Below the pieces are notes generated by a model. It was not told where the DNA came from. It worked only from the letters and a program-made list of their open reading frames with translations, and made no database searches. The position numbers and the translations under genes are program-made. Of a stretch of DNA of 53,274 nucleotides, positions 1 to 11,570 are shown one piece after another. Position 1 is the first letter of the stretch. Each line of letters begins with the position of its first letter. This DNA is from Cladosporium halotolerans (taxonomy: Eukaryota), in assembly GCF_011745625.1 (NCBI RefSeq), contig NW_027191477.1, positions 310,001-363,274 of the forward strand, read 5' to 3'.

Positions 1-535
1 TCGGCGAAGGCTGGTCTGCAGGTACGTGCCAACACGCGACTGGAGGGAAGATGGAGAAGGCGTGGTCGAGACGACAGGTCGCGCGTCGCAGCAGGCTGTC
101 GCAGAGGCTTCAGCGCACAGCACCGCTCTCGCACCACGCCACGCGACACGCGTTCTCCCTCCCCGCCAACCCCCACAAGACCCGCGAGCTAAGCTAACAA
201 TCCCTCCCTGCACACAGTTCCCCTGCGGCCGCGTCAAGCGCTTCCTGAAATCGCAGACGCAGAACAAGATGCGCGTCGGCGCCAAAGCAGCCGTCTACGT
301 GACGGCCGTGCTCGAGTACCTCACTGCCGAAGTGCTGGAGCTGGCGGGCAACGCGGCCAAGGACCTGAAGGTGAAGCGCATCACGCCGCGCCACCTGCAG
401 CTCGCGATCCGCGGCGACGAGGAGCTGGACACGCTGATCCACGCGACCATCGCGTTCGGTGGTGTGCTGCCGCACATCAACCGCGCGCTGCTGCTCAAGG
501 TCGAGCAGAAGAAGAAGAACAAGGTCGACGCGTAG
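1..535 (+). CDS. HTZ1: Histone H2A.Z (5'-truncated by window edge)
   Basis: Exon 1-21 (SAKAGLQ), intron 22-217 (GTACGT...CTAAC...CAG), exon 218-535 [11 protein letters not shown]...[51 protein letters not shown], the H2A.Z signature. Confidence 0.97.
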   Translation, partial: RRRLVCRYVPTRDWREDGEGVVETTGRASQQAVAEASAHSTALAPRHATRVLPPRQPPQDPRAKLTIPPCTQFPCGRVKRFLKSQTQNKMRVGAKAAVYVTAVLEYLTAEVLELAGNAAKDLKVKRITPRHLQLAIRGDEELDTLIHATIAFGGVLPHINRALLLKVEQKKKNKVDA

Positions 536-1220
536 AGGCCGGGTTGCCGCGGGACTAGACACGGGCAGGGACGCGTCGTAAGCGCGCCTTGAGCCTCCGC
601 GCTGTTTTCTCTTCTTCTGCTCGCCGGCTCTGACTCATCCCCGGAGACCGGCTCTTTCTTTCTCTGATCTTTTCGCAAGCAAGAACGTGCGTGGGTGGGG
701 GGCTTATTGAGTGGAATACCAACGTCCACAAGGACCGGGCGAGCGGCGTACTACGGGAATCACTTGGGAGTGTGACGGCGATTATCTGGACTATTGGGGG
801 CTTGCTTTTCTCCTTTTCTGACTGCTGAGATTTTTTTGGTTTTGCGAGACAGATGTAGTGTGTGTGTTGCTTTTGGTATACACATTTCGCGCGTTTCGCT
901 ACCTTCCTTTGACCATGTGATGAAGTGTCTGGTACTTGGCCGCCATCCTCTCAGCTGCCAGAGCTGATCCTGAATGCCGTCTGGCCATGCTGTGCCATTC
1001 AACGTCGCGCCCTCTCGCGCTAAAAGCCTTCCATTGCCAAAGCCCCGAGTCCAAACCAGCTTACCCTCCCAAATGGAAGAGAAAAGCAAGAAGGGAGAAA
1101 AGAGAGAGAAAAAGCCGCCCCCGTTTCTCTCATCGACAACACTTCTCCCAACCCCACCGAAGCCCTCCCCAAGCAACTCGAAACTCAAACTCAGTCCTTT
1201 CCAGAAGACAAAAGACGACA

Positions 1221-2186
1221 TCACTTCGCCCCATCCTCCCAACTCCCCAAACACCTCCACCCCCTACTCACCCGCCCCAACTCCCCCAACGCCTCGTTAA
1301 CCACACCCCCCTGCCCCTCCGCCCTCTTGCGGCCCCTGAACTCCACGAAAAACACATACTCCCAGTTCCCCTCGCCGCTCGGCCGGCTGTTGATGCTCGT
1401 CAGGCTGATCCCGCGCTTCCCGAACACGCCCAGGCAGTCCGCGAGGGCGCCGGGCGACTCGTGCGAGGACACGGTGAAGGTGACGAGGGTCTTGTACGCG
1501 CGGGCCTCGACGGGGGACTCGACGAAGGTGCGGCGGTCGAGCGAGAGGGTGCTGGCCAGCGTGCGGAGGACGAGGAAGCGCGTCGTGTTGGTCTGCGAGT
1601 CTTGGATTGAGGGTGCGAGGATGGCGAGGTTGGATTGCTGCGCGGCGAGCGAGGAGGAGATTGCCGCTACGGTTGGGTCCTGGGGGTTGGCGGCGACGAG
1701 GGCGGCGCCGCGGGAGGTGGAGGAGACGTCTTGCTTCTCGGCGTGCTTGAGGTGGGCGGCGAGGAAGGCCTTGCACTGGCCCCAGGCCTGCGGGTGGGAG
1801 TAGACTTTGGTGATGCGGGAGAAGTCCGGGCCGTGGGGGTTGGAGGGGCGGGCGGCGGCGTGGCCGACGAGGCAGTGGTTGACGCGGACGTAGGCTTCGT
1901 TGACGACGACGAGGTCGGAGTAGCGGCCGGCGAGGTCGGCGAAGAGGTCGAGGGTGAAGACGACGGAGCCGTTGGAGGAGTTTTCGAACGGCACGACGCC
2001 GCGGGAGGCGCGGCCGGAGGCGACGGCCTGGAAGACGTCTTCGATCGAGACCTCGGGGCGCAGGACGAAGCGCGGTTCGGTGAAGGAGTCGAGGGCGGCT
2101 TGGTGTGTGTAGGAGGCGGGGGGGCCGAGGTAGGCGACGGGGGTTTCTTCGTCTAGGGGTGATGTTGGGGATTGCGGGTCGGCCAT
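1221..2186 (-). CDS. PHA2: Prephenate dehydratase
   Basis: Intronless 321 aa ORF with VAYLGP, VVPFENSSNGSV, YSHPQAWGQC and NTTRFLVL motifs, plus a C-terminal ACT domain (SLTSINSRP...WEYVFFVE). Confidence 0.95.
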   Translation of the reverse strand: MADPQSPTSPLDEETPVAYLGPPASYTHQAALDSFTEPRFVLRPEVSIEDVFQAVASGRASRGVVPFENSSNGSVVFTLDLFADLAGRYSDLVVVNEAYVRVNHCLVGHAAARPSNPHGPDFSRITKVYSHPQAWGQCKAFLAAHLKHAEKQDVSSTSRGAALVAANPQDPTVAAISSSLAAQQSNLAILAPSIQDSQTNTTRFLVLRTLASTLSLDRRTFVESPVEARAYKTLVTFTVSSHESPGALADCLGVFGKRGISLTSINSRPSGEGNWEYVFFVEFRGRKRAEGQGGVVNEALGELGRVSRGWRCLGSWEDGAK

Positions 2187-3173
2187 AGTGATGTTTTGGT
2201 GGATGTGAGTGTCGGTTGGTTGGAGTGGGATGCTGGTGAGTAGTCGTGAGAAATTGATGTAGAAATTGTTGATTTGGTTAAAGTTTCTCAGAATGCGTTC
2301 TCCTTTTCTACTCTTACGCTCCCATTCCCTGATGCCCGATCCTGGGGAATATCAAAGAAAGTGGCCACTCACTATTATTTGTCTTGCTCACGCAGAGCGA
2401 GGCCTTGACTACATGAAGTCGTTAGTCAATGTTGAAGCCATTATACAGTGTCGAAAAACGCATACATGCTTGCTAATTGAGAGTTTGCAGGGTCGATTGC
2501 TTGTGTGTCGTTAATGTTGCCGGAAATATGATCGTGTCGTGCGAGGTGGAGTGAGTTCTCCGAAGTCGCAAAGTTCAGGTGGGTGAGGTGAGGTGAGCGA
2601 CCGTTGCGGATGACGCAAATACGCAGCAACGGAATGACTTTTGGAAGGCCCGCGATCTTGTGTGAGATAGATACCAAGGATGTAAGGGAGACAAATATCT
2701 GTATCATGCTGGCAATGATCACGTGATTGTTGATTTGATCTACTTGCACCATTCGTGCACGATTTTGCCAGGAGTACGAATTGAAGCGAATAATATCAAC
2801 TCGTATCACAACACATCACACACAGACGTCCACTAGTTGGGATTCAAGCATCAAGAGCCTAAGGCCATTTCTCGAGCTACCTTAACGACAGGCAATAGTT
2901 GGACGCTCTGCAATCGAAAGTAAAATCAAGTGGGCAAACACGCATCATGAATCCAATCTGAGCAACACTTTTTTTTCATTTCCTCGGCAATCCTCGCCTG
3001 GTTAAGTATCAAAGAATGCCGTTCCCCGCATTACTCGTAAATCACATTCGTGAGAGCGTTCACGCCGCAGCGCCAATTGCCATGGTTGTCGTGAGAAAGC
3101 TTTGCTTGAAGCATTGGCCGATGCTGGCGCCATCGTAGTCAATGCCGGGGCTCACTGGGAGCTGGAAGGTAGC

Positions 3174-3225
3174 CTGGGGCATGTCAGTCTGGACCGGTGA
3201 ACAAAAACTCCTTTCAATGACTTAC
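3174..3225 (-). other. Predicted 3'UTR intron of eRF1 gene
   Basis: Minus strand reads GTAAGT (3225) ... CTGAC (3187-3183) ... CAG (3174). The intron is 52 nt and starts 240 nt downstream of the eRF1 stop. Confidence 0.75.
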
Positions 3226-3465
3226 GTGTTGCTGGTATATAGTTGTGCGTAGTGCGAGATCATCACGGCCACGCGGACCAGTCACGCCCTGCTCGGAAAG
3301 GCGGCGGGCCGGAAGCGAATCGCCCCTGAAGGTATCTGTCTAATGGTCTGCCGAGACAGTGACAGCCGCAGGCCGGTCGAGCGACTGCGGGCGAAGCGCC
3401 GTCAGATCTTGCGCCGGCAAGTCTGGGACAGGCGCCTCGCTTAGGTTTGCGAGGGTGCAATACCG

Positions 3466-4779
3466 TCAATCGTCGTAGTACTCGTCCTCGTCGCTGAGCT
3501 CGGCCAGCTGCTCAAAGTTGAGCTTGTAGCGCAGGATGCAGCCAATGCCACCGAAGCCCTTGACGAACTGGTTGCCCTCAGAAGAGCGGTCGGAGACGAA
3601 TTCGAGGTTGGTGCCAAACTCGCGGAAGTGCTCGGCCAGCCACTCGAGGAAGGGCATCTGGTCGACGATCTCCATTTCCTGGCCAGTCTCGGAGTCCATG
3701 AACTGGTCGCGGTTGCCAGTCTCCTGAGCCTTGGTGGTGTGCAGGATGATCTGCTGGCCGTCGCTGCTCTTGAGCTCCCAGCGGGTGATCTCCAAGTTCT
3801 CGAAGACGATGAGGGTCTCGGCGGCACCGGCGTCGAGGGCCTTGAGGGTGTCCTCAATACCGTAGCAGACCTTGCCGCTGTCCATGCTGATCTCGTCGAA
3901 GTACTTGTTGATGAGCTTCTTCTCCTGGATGAACTTGACGTTGCCGAGGGTCTCGGTAGACAGCTCGATGGCCTGGTTGAAGCCGTTCTCACCGCCGTAG
4001 GAAACGTCGACAATCTTGATGACCTTGGCCTGGAGACGACCGTCGAACAGATCAGACTGGTTCAGATCGTTCTTGAAGTCGGCGCTACCGGCGAGGACGA
4101 GACCGGCGCAGTTGCACTTGTTGTCGGTGATGAAGTTCTGCACAGCCAACTCGGCGACCTTGCGGACGTAGTTGTGACGCTTCTCCTCACGCAGACGGGC
4201 GAAACGCAGGGCGGACTGACCACCACGGCCGTGCTTCTTGGGGAGGTCGACGGAGAACTTCTGCAGGATTTCTCTGGTGTTTCCGGAAAGGGTGCCGAAG
4301 AGAGCGCCGTTACCGTCCATGATGATGAAGCCATACTTGGAGTCGGACTCCAGCAGCTCGCTCAGGGCCTCGGTGTGGAACTTGTTGTCACAAAGGTACA
4401 GCGAAGTGTTGATCGGCTTGAACGGCTCGAAGTCAATGTTGATCTTCCTCTCCTTGCCCTCGGAGGTGATGATTTCACCGCAGTAGACGACCAGGCCGTT
4501 CGGGGGGACCTTGGAGTAGAGCTTGAGCCTCTGCTGGGTGGAGGTGATGGCGGACAGGACGGAGAGACGGTTGACACGCGACTTGATGTTGGAGGCGGTA
4601 CCGAACTCTTCAGCCAACATCTTGGCGGCGCGCGAGACCTGGTCCTTGGGCGGGATAATGAGCGAGATCATGGAGGTTCCATTGCCGCGGGCGGCCTCGA
4701 GACGCTTGATCAGCTTCTTGACCTTCCAGATCTCGATGTTCTTGTCGGCATCGGTGCCGCCCTGCTGCTCGGAGGGCAT
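3466..4779 (-). CDS. SUP45: Eukaryotic peptide chain release factor 1
   Basis: NIKS, YLCDNKF and GGQ motifs. Likely ATG at 4779 (MPSEQQGG), giving 437 aa with no coding introns. Stop is TGA followed by CGG. Confidence 0.98.
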   Translation of the reverse strand: MPSEQQGGTDADKNIEIWKVKKLIKRLEAARGNGTSMISLIIPPKDQVSRAAKMLAEEFGTASNIKSRVNRLSVLSAITSTQQRLKLYSKVPPNGLVVYCGEIITSEGKERKINIDFEPFKPINTSLYLCDNKFHTEALSELLESDSKYGFIIMDGNGALFGTLSGNTREILQKFSVDLPKKHGRGGQSALRFARLREEKRHNYVRKVAELAVQNFITDNKCNCAGLVLAGSADFKNDLNQSDLFDGRLQAKVIKIVDVSYGGENGFNQAIELSTETLGNVKFIQEKKLINKYFDEISMDSGKVCYGIEDTLKALDAGAAETLIVFENLEITRWELKSSDGQQIILHTTKAQETGNRDQFMDSETGQEMEIVDQMPFLEWLAEHFREFGTNLEFVSDRSSEGNQFVKGFGGIGCILRYKLNFEQLAELSDEDEYYDD

Positions 4780-5834
4780 GATGGCGGTGGTGGTGTGGGG
4801 GAGTGTGGGCGGTGACTGGGAGTGAAAATCGCAGGCGGAGTGGTGAAGCGGCTGAAGTTTGAAGAGGTGTGTGGGGTGGAAAGGGCGCTCCCGACGGCGC
4901 ACACGTTGGCCGATCTGCGGTGCTGCAGGGAATGGAAGGGACTCGGGGGAGGGGGAGGTGTGTCTCACTGTGAGATGTTGTTACTACAGGTAGAGAAAGC
5001 TCACAATAATCTACTCCGCCATCACAAACCCCGTGACAGGCGCATACCGCTCGCTCATACTGGCGCTGGCGGGTGGCTACGAAAAATCACGGCCAGGGCC
5101 AGGGACGTCATATGCCCGCGCGCACCGCCTGTGAGCGCCTGTAGCCGCCCAGCGATTGCCCCACCAAAGCCAAAATCATTCATCGCCCAAAGTCGGGTGC
5201 ACCGCCGCACGAGTCGTGCGATCAAGGATCCTCAGGCCGCCGCGACTGTTGACAAACACTTTGCTGCCCCGGCTTTACCTGCTCGGCCATATCGATATCA
5301 GCCTGCCACCCACCCACACACCACCAACCTTCTGCCCTGCCCTGCCGTCCCCTATCTCTGCCACAGACACATCTGCCTTACCGTCGCTACCCGCCCTGCA
5401 GCCTCGCCCCTCCCTCTGCCCGCAATGCCCTGCTATTCCTTCCTATAGCCGTATGGTTCGGCGCCACTTCGCAGCACAGGGCACGCCGGTCTTAGATTGT
5501 AGCGGCCGACAGCGACCAGGCCTGCCAGGCCCAGCACGATAAGCAGCCAATTCTCTTGCATCCCGATCTCCCCCTTCCCTAGCGCATCTACCTGTACATA
5601 TCCTTGCCTATCCGCAATTCGCGATCCGGTAAAATACATCTTCTCCTCAACTGCTTTCTTTTCCTGCAGCGTTGTCGTTTATCGCTTCTTCCAGAGCTTC
5701 TCCGCTTTTGCGCAGAAGCAGGGCAAGTCTAGAGCCGGACAAAAGCCCGCGCTCACACCACCCGAGCGCGACCTCGACGTGCTCTGGCCACGACCGGTTC
5801 GTCGCCGCCAGCAGCTCGCTAACCCATCAACGGG

Positions 5835-7892
5835 ATGCCTTCCAAGAGGCAGCCCATCCCGTCCAACTGGGGCTCGTATGAGCGTGGAGGACGGACTGGC
5901 TCCACAGACTCTAGCTTGAGCCACAATCATGTGCAGTTCGACGAAGATAGCGAGGAGCACCACGACGGGACCGCCGCTGGATTGCTGCACCCAGATGGCG
6001 CTTACGAGCACAACGGGAACGCAGAGCGAGCGCTCAGGCCGCGCGCGTCCTCCATGTCCATGCGCATCAATTCTCTCCGACAGGCCGGCGGTGTGAACAG
6101 CTTCGACAACTTTGCGCGGTCCTGGCAGAGAGCGGCGGGATTTTACGAAATCGCTCCTGTGAGGCAGGGCTTCAGACACAGCGACGCGGGTCAGGACTTT
6201 GCGCGAGAGGATGTCGGAGAGACGCCCAAGGATCAGAGATCTCTGCTGCGACAGGCATTCCAAGAGCACGAGCGGAACAGGACTTCGGGCACAAATGCGA
6301 ATGCGATTGTGGAGGAGGACGACTATGACAGCGGCAGACCAGAGGCGTCCGGCGCGAGCTTTGGGAAAAGTTCAGGTTCGGGCACTCTGAAGGGAGAGCG
6401 TCAATCCCTGCTGAGGGAAAGACTGTCTGGCGTCCACGACGACAGCATTTTCTCGATCGAGCCCCAGCTGGCCTCGCCTTTTGGAGGGTCCTATGGCTCT
6501 ACCTGGGGATCTCTATCCTCCAGGGTGAATGAACCAGCTGTGCGACACGCCGGCCGTCTGTTCCGCCAGCAGCAGGTCACAGGCTCCACCGACCCCGACA
6601 AGGAGCGCGAGCCGCTGCTTGTGAAACAGGTCGAGGAAGATGACGGTCGTATTGTCAACGTTGTCGTTGGTCAATCTACCCTTCCGCAGACGATCTTCAA
6701 CTCGGTGAACGTTCTTATCGGAGTGGGCCTTCTCGCCCTTCCTCTGGCGATGCGCTACTCCGGCTGGATCCCAGGATTGATCTTCTTTTTCTTTGCCGCC
6801 GGAGCTACATCCTACACAGCTAAAGTTCTGGCCAAATGCTTAGACGTCGACAACAGTCTCATCACCTTCGCCGACCTTGCCTACGTCTCCTTTGGACCAA
6901 GAGCCCGCGTTGCGACGTCACTCTTGTTCTCTCTGGAGCTTCTGGCAACCTGCGTGGCTCTCGTTGTCCTCTTCGCCGACTCTCTCAACGCGCTGACTGA
7001 CAACTCTCTTGGATTGACTTCCTGGAAAATTGTCTGTGGCTTCATCCTTGTGCCGCTGTCCTTCCTCCCGTTGCGTTTCTTGTCATTCACATCCGTTCTT
7101 GGCATCGTTTGTTGCTTTGGCATTGTGGCAGCAGTGTTCGTGGATGGTCTTATCAAGCCCGACTCTCCCGGCTCTCTCATCTCGCCAGCCCCGCAGCATC
7201 TCTTCCCCGAGAACTGGGGCACTCTTCCTCTCTCCTTCGGCCTCCTGATGTCTCCTTGGGGCGGTCACAGTGTCTTCCCCAACATCTACCGTGACATGCG
7301 TCACCCTTACAAATACCGCCGTGGCGTCAACATCACCTACGCCTTCACCTTCACCCTGGACTTGTTCATGGCATGCGTCGGCCTGCTGATGTACGGAGAC
7401 GGCGTCAAAGACGAAGTCACCCGCAATATTCTCCTCACCGACGGCTACCCGGAGTGGCTCAGCCTGCTCATCGTCATCTGCGTGGCCATCATTCCTCTGA
7501 CCAAGGTCCCTCTCAACGCCCGCCCAATCGTCAGTACCCTCGAGCTCTTCCTCGGCCTCGACGCTCGCACCATTGGACCTGAGCCCTCCACCGGCTTATC
7601 CAGCCTCTCACGCGGCATTCTGAAATTTACCGTCCGCATTGCTTGCACAATCGCTTTCGTCGGACTCGCCATTCTCGTGCCGGACTTCGATCGCATCATG
7701 AGCTTGCTAGGCGCCGTCGCCTGCTTCACGATCTGCATCATCCTGCCGGCCGCTTTCCACTTGAAGCTCTTCGGTGACCAGCTCAGTTCGTGGGAGAAGG
7801 GCAGGGATTGGGTGCTGATCATCGTAAGCACTTTCTTGGCCGTTGTGAGCACTGCGTTCAATTTTGTGCCGAAGGAGAAACTTGGTCTCTGA
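5835..7892 (+). CDS. AVT1: Vacuolar amino acid transporter (Aa_trans/AVT1-like)
   Basis: Long hydrophilic N-terminus, then GQSTLPQTIFNSVNVLIGVGLLALP, GGHSVFPNIYRDMRHP and many hydrophobic segments. Confidence 0.88.
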   Translation: MPSKRQPIPSNWGSYERGGRTGSTDSSLSHNHVQFDEDSEEHHDGTAAGLLHPDGAYEHNGNAERALRPRASSMSMRINSLRQAGGVNSFDNFARSWQRAAGFYEIAPVRQGFRHSDAGQDFAREDVGETPKDQRSLLRQAFQEHERNRTSGTNANAIVEEDDYDSGRPEASGASFGKSSGSGTLKGERQSLLRERLSGVHDDSIFSIEPQLASPFGGSYGSTWGSLSSRVNEPAVRHAGRLFRQQQVTGSTDPDKEREPLLVKQVEEDDGRIVNVVVGQSTLPQTIFNSVNVLIGVGLLALPLAMRYSGWIPGLIFFFFAAGATSYTAKVLAKCLDVDNSLITFADLAYVSFGPRARVATSLLFSLELLATCVALVVLFADSLNALTDNSLGLTSWKIVCGFILVPLSFLPLRFLSFTSVLGIVCCFGIVAAVFVDGLIKPDSPGSLISPAPQHLFPENWGTLPLSFGLLMSPWGGHSVFPNIYRDMRHPYKYRRGVNITYAFTFTLDLFMACVGLLMYGDGVKDEVTRNILLTDGYPEWLSLLIVICVAIIPLTKVPLNARPIVSTLELFLGLDARTIGPEPSTGLSSLSRGILKFTVRIACTIAFVGLAILVPDFDRIMSLLGAVACFTICIILPAAFHLKLFGDQLSSWEKGRDWVLIIVSTFLAVVSTAFNFVPKEKLGL

Positions 7893-8086
7893 GTCATGAG
7901 CGAGACGCGATTGTACTACTGGTTTGATCTTTGAACTGTTCGGAGCGATTCCCAAATTTTGGCAAGGCATATGCGTTGGAATTATCACACTTTTTAATCT
8001 CAGCGAGCAGCGAGCAAGCGCCACGGCCTCTTTCAGCATCGCCTATACCAAATACAATGTCCAACACCTGTACAGCTACCTCACCC

Positions 8087-9295
8087 CTAAACCCTCTCCG
8101 TAACCACACTCCCCTTAACCGCCACGCCCCCCTCCGGCGTCTCCGTCCAAACCTCCCACTTCCCCTCTCCCGTCCGCGCCCCGCAAAACTTCACCTTCTC
8201 ATTACAATACAGCGGCGCCAGATTCCTATACTCGACCTCCCTCACGACCTCCCCCAGCCCCTCCCGCCTCAACTCCTGCTGCAGCAGCGTAATCATAAAC
8301 ACAAAGCTCAGCGGCCCGTGAAACAGCCTCTCCCGATGCCCCTCCACCGCCCGACAATACTCCGGGTCCAAGTGTATCGCGTGCGCGTTGAACGTCAGCG
8401 CCGAAAACCGAAATAGCAGCTTCGCGTCCGGCAGCACAACGTGCTCCCAGTCCGCCTGCTTCGCCGGCAGCAGCTTCTTCCCGGGCCCCTTCGCCGCGTC
8501 CTCCCGCGCCTGCGCCGGCGTCCGCGGCCGCAAAAACACGATGTTCCGCGTCTCGACCACGCTGCAGGGCCCGAAATCCCCCTCCCGGTCCCGCCACAGC
8601 CGCTGCCGCACGCGGTGCTCCAGCGCCTCCCTCGCCCCCTCCTCCCCGCGCGCAGCAGCCGCCAACCCCTCGACCTCGCTCTCGCTCGCCCGCGCGAGCC
8701 GCCGCTCGATCCGCACGAACAGCTTCTCCTCGCCCTCTTTCCCCTTCGCTTGAACACTCCGGATGAACTCCGCGCACACGCCGCGGCCGCCGTCGAGCGT
8801 GAGCGGGTTGGTGGGGTTGTACAGCACGTGGCCGCCGGCCCACATGCGGCGCGTGTAGGGTTCGCCGGGGGACTGGTCGGGGTTCGTGCCGTCGGGGAGC
8901 ATGTGGGAGGCGGGCTTGGTGGGCTCGAAGTAGATGAGGTGGTGCGGGATGGGGAGCGGGGTGTGGGGGGAGGTTGGGGGGAGGGTGGAAGGAGGGCTGA
9001 AGGAGGGAGGGGGTGTTAGTCTCTGTTTCTTTCTTGCGGTGGGTTCTTTTTGGGGGGGCATGGCGATTGCGTACTTGGTGGACGGCAGGTAGTCTGCGAG
9101 GCTCATGTCGAGGCGGTAGCTGGTTTGCGGGCTGAGGTCGTCGAAGATGGGCTGGATTTTGCGCAGGGGCATTGAGTGCTGGAGGTCGGCGAGGGTGGAT
9201 TGGCATCTTCTTGTTGCTTGTGTGATTGTGGGGGTTGGAAGGCGCAGGCTGGGTCTCAGCCATTGGGCTCGCAGGGCGCGGGTGGTAGTCGCCAT
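8087..9295 (-). CDS. HTD2: Mitochondrial hydroxyacyl-thioester dehydratase type 2-like (hot-dog fold)
   Basis: Arg/Thr-rich presequence-like N-terminus. Motifs HHLIYF, RRMWAGG, LLFRFSALTFNAHAIHLD, HGPL and YRNLAPLY. Confidence 0.8.
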   Translation of the reverse strand: MATTTRALRAQWLRPSLRLPTPTITQATRRCQSTLADLQHSMPLRKIQPIFDDLSPQTSYRLDMSLADYLPSTKYAIAMPPQKEPTARKKQRLTPPPSFSPPSTLPPTSPHTPLPIPHHLIYFEPTKPASHMLPDGTNPDQSPGEPYTRRMWAGGHVLYNPTNPLTLDGGRGVCAEFIRSVQAKGKEGEEKLFVRIERRLARASESEVEGLAAAARGEEGAREALEHRVRQRLWRDREGDFGPCSVVETRNIVFLRPRTPAQAREDAAKGPGKKLLPAKQADWEHVVLPDAKLLFRFSALTFNAHAIHLDPEYCRAVEGHRERLFHGPLSFVFMITLLQQELRREGLGEVVREVEYRNLAPLYCNEKVKFCGARTGEGKWEVWTETPEGGVAVKGSVVTERV

Positions 9296-9891
9296 GGTTG
9301 CTGCTCGGTGGTGTGAGGTTTGGTTTGGAGTGGTGACATCGTGGATTGGGTGGTGGTTTACCTTATGTAGGTGCTTGTGAGGTTTGGGAGCTGCCCGGTC
9401 CTCGGCTGCCGTTATCGATTGTGAGAGTTATTTCCGGGCGCGGGGATAGCTTTGTTCGGCTTTTGAGTGCTGCTTACTTTGCTGTACCCTTGTAACCCCA
9501 ATTGCAACCCTACCAACCCCAAGTATGTATCGCGAGAAATCTGTCGTACTCGCACGCGGCAATCGCACATCGGAGGCTCCAATACAAAATCTTGACCATA
9601 TTAGGACCGTTATTACACATTTCAAATTGCGGTACTCGGCCTGAAATTCACGGCGCGAATGGTTCACGCGTCGTGATCATACCAACGTCAGGCTCTAGTG
9701 GTTGCCTAGGCCACTTCGCTTATATTCAGCTCCCGGTAACGCAAACGAATCCTCCACAAATTTGGGCTTGACAACAGAAACATCGCTGCTTTTGTACCGA
9801 GATTCGGGTGGTTGCTGGGATATCGCATTAACCACGAACGTGAGCACAAGAGCGTACAGTCGACTCTACATGCTCAAATACGCCGGAAGAC

Positions 9892-10872
9892 ATGGCTCCA
9901 CAAACTCGCACTCGTCAAGCACGAAAGTCGTCCCAGCACCCTCCGAACAACTCGAGTCGACCATCGAGAGTGGTCAAAATCGATCAGAGTGAAGATCAAA
10001 ATGGAAACGAGCCTGAAGACTTGACAGAAGATATCGACGACGACGACCTTTGTCCGATCTGCCAAATGCTCTTACACGAACCAGTACTAACCACATGCGG
10101 CCACTCTCTATGCAACTTCTGCATGGCCACCTGGGCATCAACATCACTCGCAGCACCCATGACAATCGTCGACGTTGACGAAGAGCCCGTTCCCTTCGAC
10201 CCCGTCTCCGACCTCGAAGCCCGTTGTCCCATGTGCCGCACCCTCACGACCGCCAAACCCGACGAGCAGCGATCCTCCGCACTCGAAACCAAATACCCAC
10301 GAGCCCACCTCCAGCGCCTCCAAGAATCCTCCAGCTCCCAACCCTCCAAGGCCACCGCCAGCTCCATCCAAACCATAACCGTCCACATCGGCAACCGCCA
10401 CCGCCTCGTCCCGGCCCCACCCAACGGCCCCTCGCAAAACCAGCACGACTGGCACTTCTTCGTGCAGCCCTCGCGCACCGACATCATCGAAGAAGTGCAC
10501 ATACACCTGCACCCGACCTTCCGACAGCCGCACATCGTGCGCACGCGGCCTCCCTACGCCATCTCGCGCCTGGGCTGGGGCTTCTTCACCATCACGGCGT
10601 CGATCATCCTCAAAGCGGGCTACAGCTGGGTGTCGGAGGAGGCGGAGGAGGCGCCGGACGGAGCGGCGAAGGGCGCGCTGCCGCTGGAGTGGACGCTGGA
10701 TTTCGATGGGTTTGGCGGCAAGGGGAGCATGGGGAGGTGTAGGCTGAAGGTAAGGAATGATAAAGAGTGGGGAAGGACGGATAGGGAGCAGGCGAGGGAT
10801 GAAAGGGCTCGGAGGAGGATGGTTAGGGCGTATGAGGATGATGGGAGGTATGAGCCGGTTGACGAGGAGTGA
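9892..10872 (+). CDS. C3HC4 RING finger plus YEATS domain protein
   Basis: RING: CPIC...CGHSLCNFC...CPMC. YEATS: HDWHFFV...IEEVHIHLHPTF...PPYAISRLGWGFFTI. Confidence 0.85.
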   Translation: MAPQTRTRQARKSSQHPPNNSSRPSRVVKIDQSEDQNGNEPEDLTEDIDDDDLCPICQMLLHEPVLTTCGHSLCNFCMATWASTSLAAPMTIVDVDEEPVPFDPVSDLEARCPMCRTLTTAKPDEQRSSALETKYPRAHLQRLQESSSSQPSKATASSIQTITVHIGNRHRLVPAPPNGPSQNQHDWHFFVQPSRTDIIEEVHIHLHPTFRQPHIVRTRPPYAISRLGWGFFTITASIILKAGYSWVSEEAEEAPDGAAKGALPLEWTLDFDGFGGKGSMGRCRLKVRNDKEWGRTDREQARDERARRRMVRAYEDDGRYEPVDEE

Positions 10873-11335
10873 TGGTGGGGCGATCTGCTGGCGGAGTGTG
10901 GCGTTTGTGCTCAGATGGATGGAGCAAGCAGTTGGTTGCGGTGTGAATGTTAGATTTTCCAAATCTAGGTCCAGAAGAGCCAATAGGATTGCGTAGATTT
11001 TCAGTTCGTTGCGCACGCGTTAAGAGAACTCAGGTTTCACGTCCTGTGATATGTCCTCGACTATTCAAACCCATTAGACGATCCGCATTGTAGTCTCACG
11101 CAAGTGCTCGTTGCCCCTCAAATTGTAAAAAAGAACAGCAAAATGTAAGTAGTGTCATGTCCATTTGCATCTTACGTGCCCAAATCCGTGCGATATCTGC
11201 TGGCCGGAGGAGGCTTCTTGATGCTGCTTCGCGCCCGACGCCTTCCCGTTGCTGCCGCGGTATATATACAAGGCTCTTCGCTCTATCGCAGCAGTCTTTC
11301 ATGTCTTTCCACTCTTCTCCCAACTCCTCAATCGC

Positions 11336-11570
11336 TCAGTGGTCCCAAGGGTGCTTCAGGCCGAGAAGTGCCTGGCCGTCGTGGTATGCTCTGTACATAA
11401 GCTGCCAAATTGTTAGTCTTGACCCTTCTTTCCAGCCAACATACAAGTTCTGGACGTACGAAGAACCACATGGATGCGCCGAGTCCTCGCGCGGCGACTC
11501 TGTAGAGAGGCCTGACCGGGTGAATGTGGATGGGGTGCGCGCCGTGGGCGTTCGGGTTGGGGCCGGCCAT
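11336..11570 (-). CDS. Small complex I accessory subunit, NDUFB2 (AGGG)-like, 58 aa
   Basis: Exon 11570-11460 (...LYRVAARGLGASMWFF), intron 11459-11402 (GTACGT..CTAAC..CAG), exon 11401-11336 (LMYRAYHDGQALLGLKHPWDH*). The pattern resembles the fungal NDUFB2 family. Confidence 0.8.

Noticed and set aside
3628..4815. 395-aa antisense ORF over eRF1, and similar long shadow ORFs (e.g. 43423-44640, 8226-9263, 10144-11016)
   Set aside because: Expected by-product of strong GC3 codon bias in the real gene. The translations show no independent motifs.
4780..4968. 63-aa N-terminal extension of eRF1 in the ORF track
   Set aside because: It starts at GTG, is low-complexity and looks like 5'UTR. The conserved protein begins near ATG 4779.
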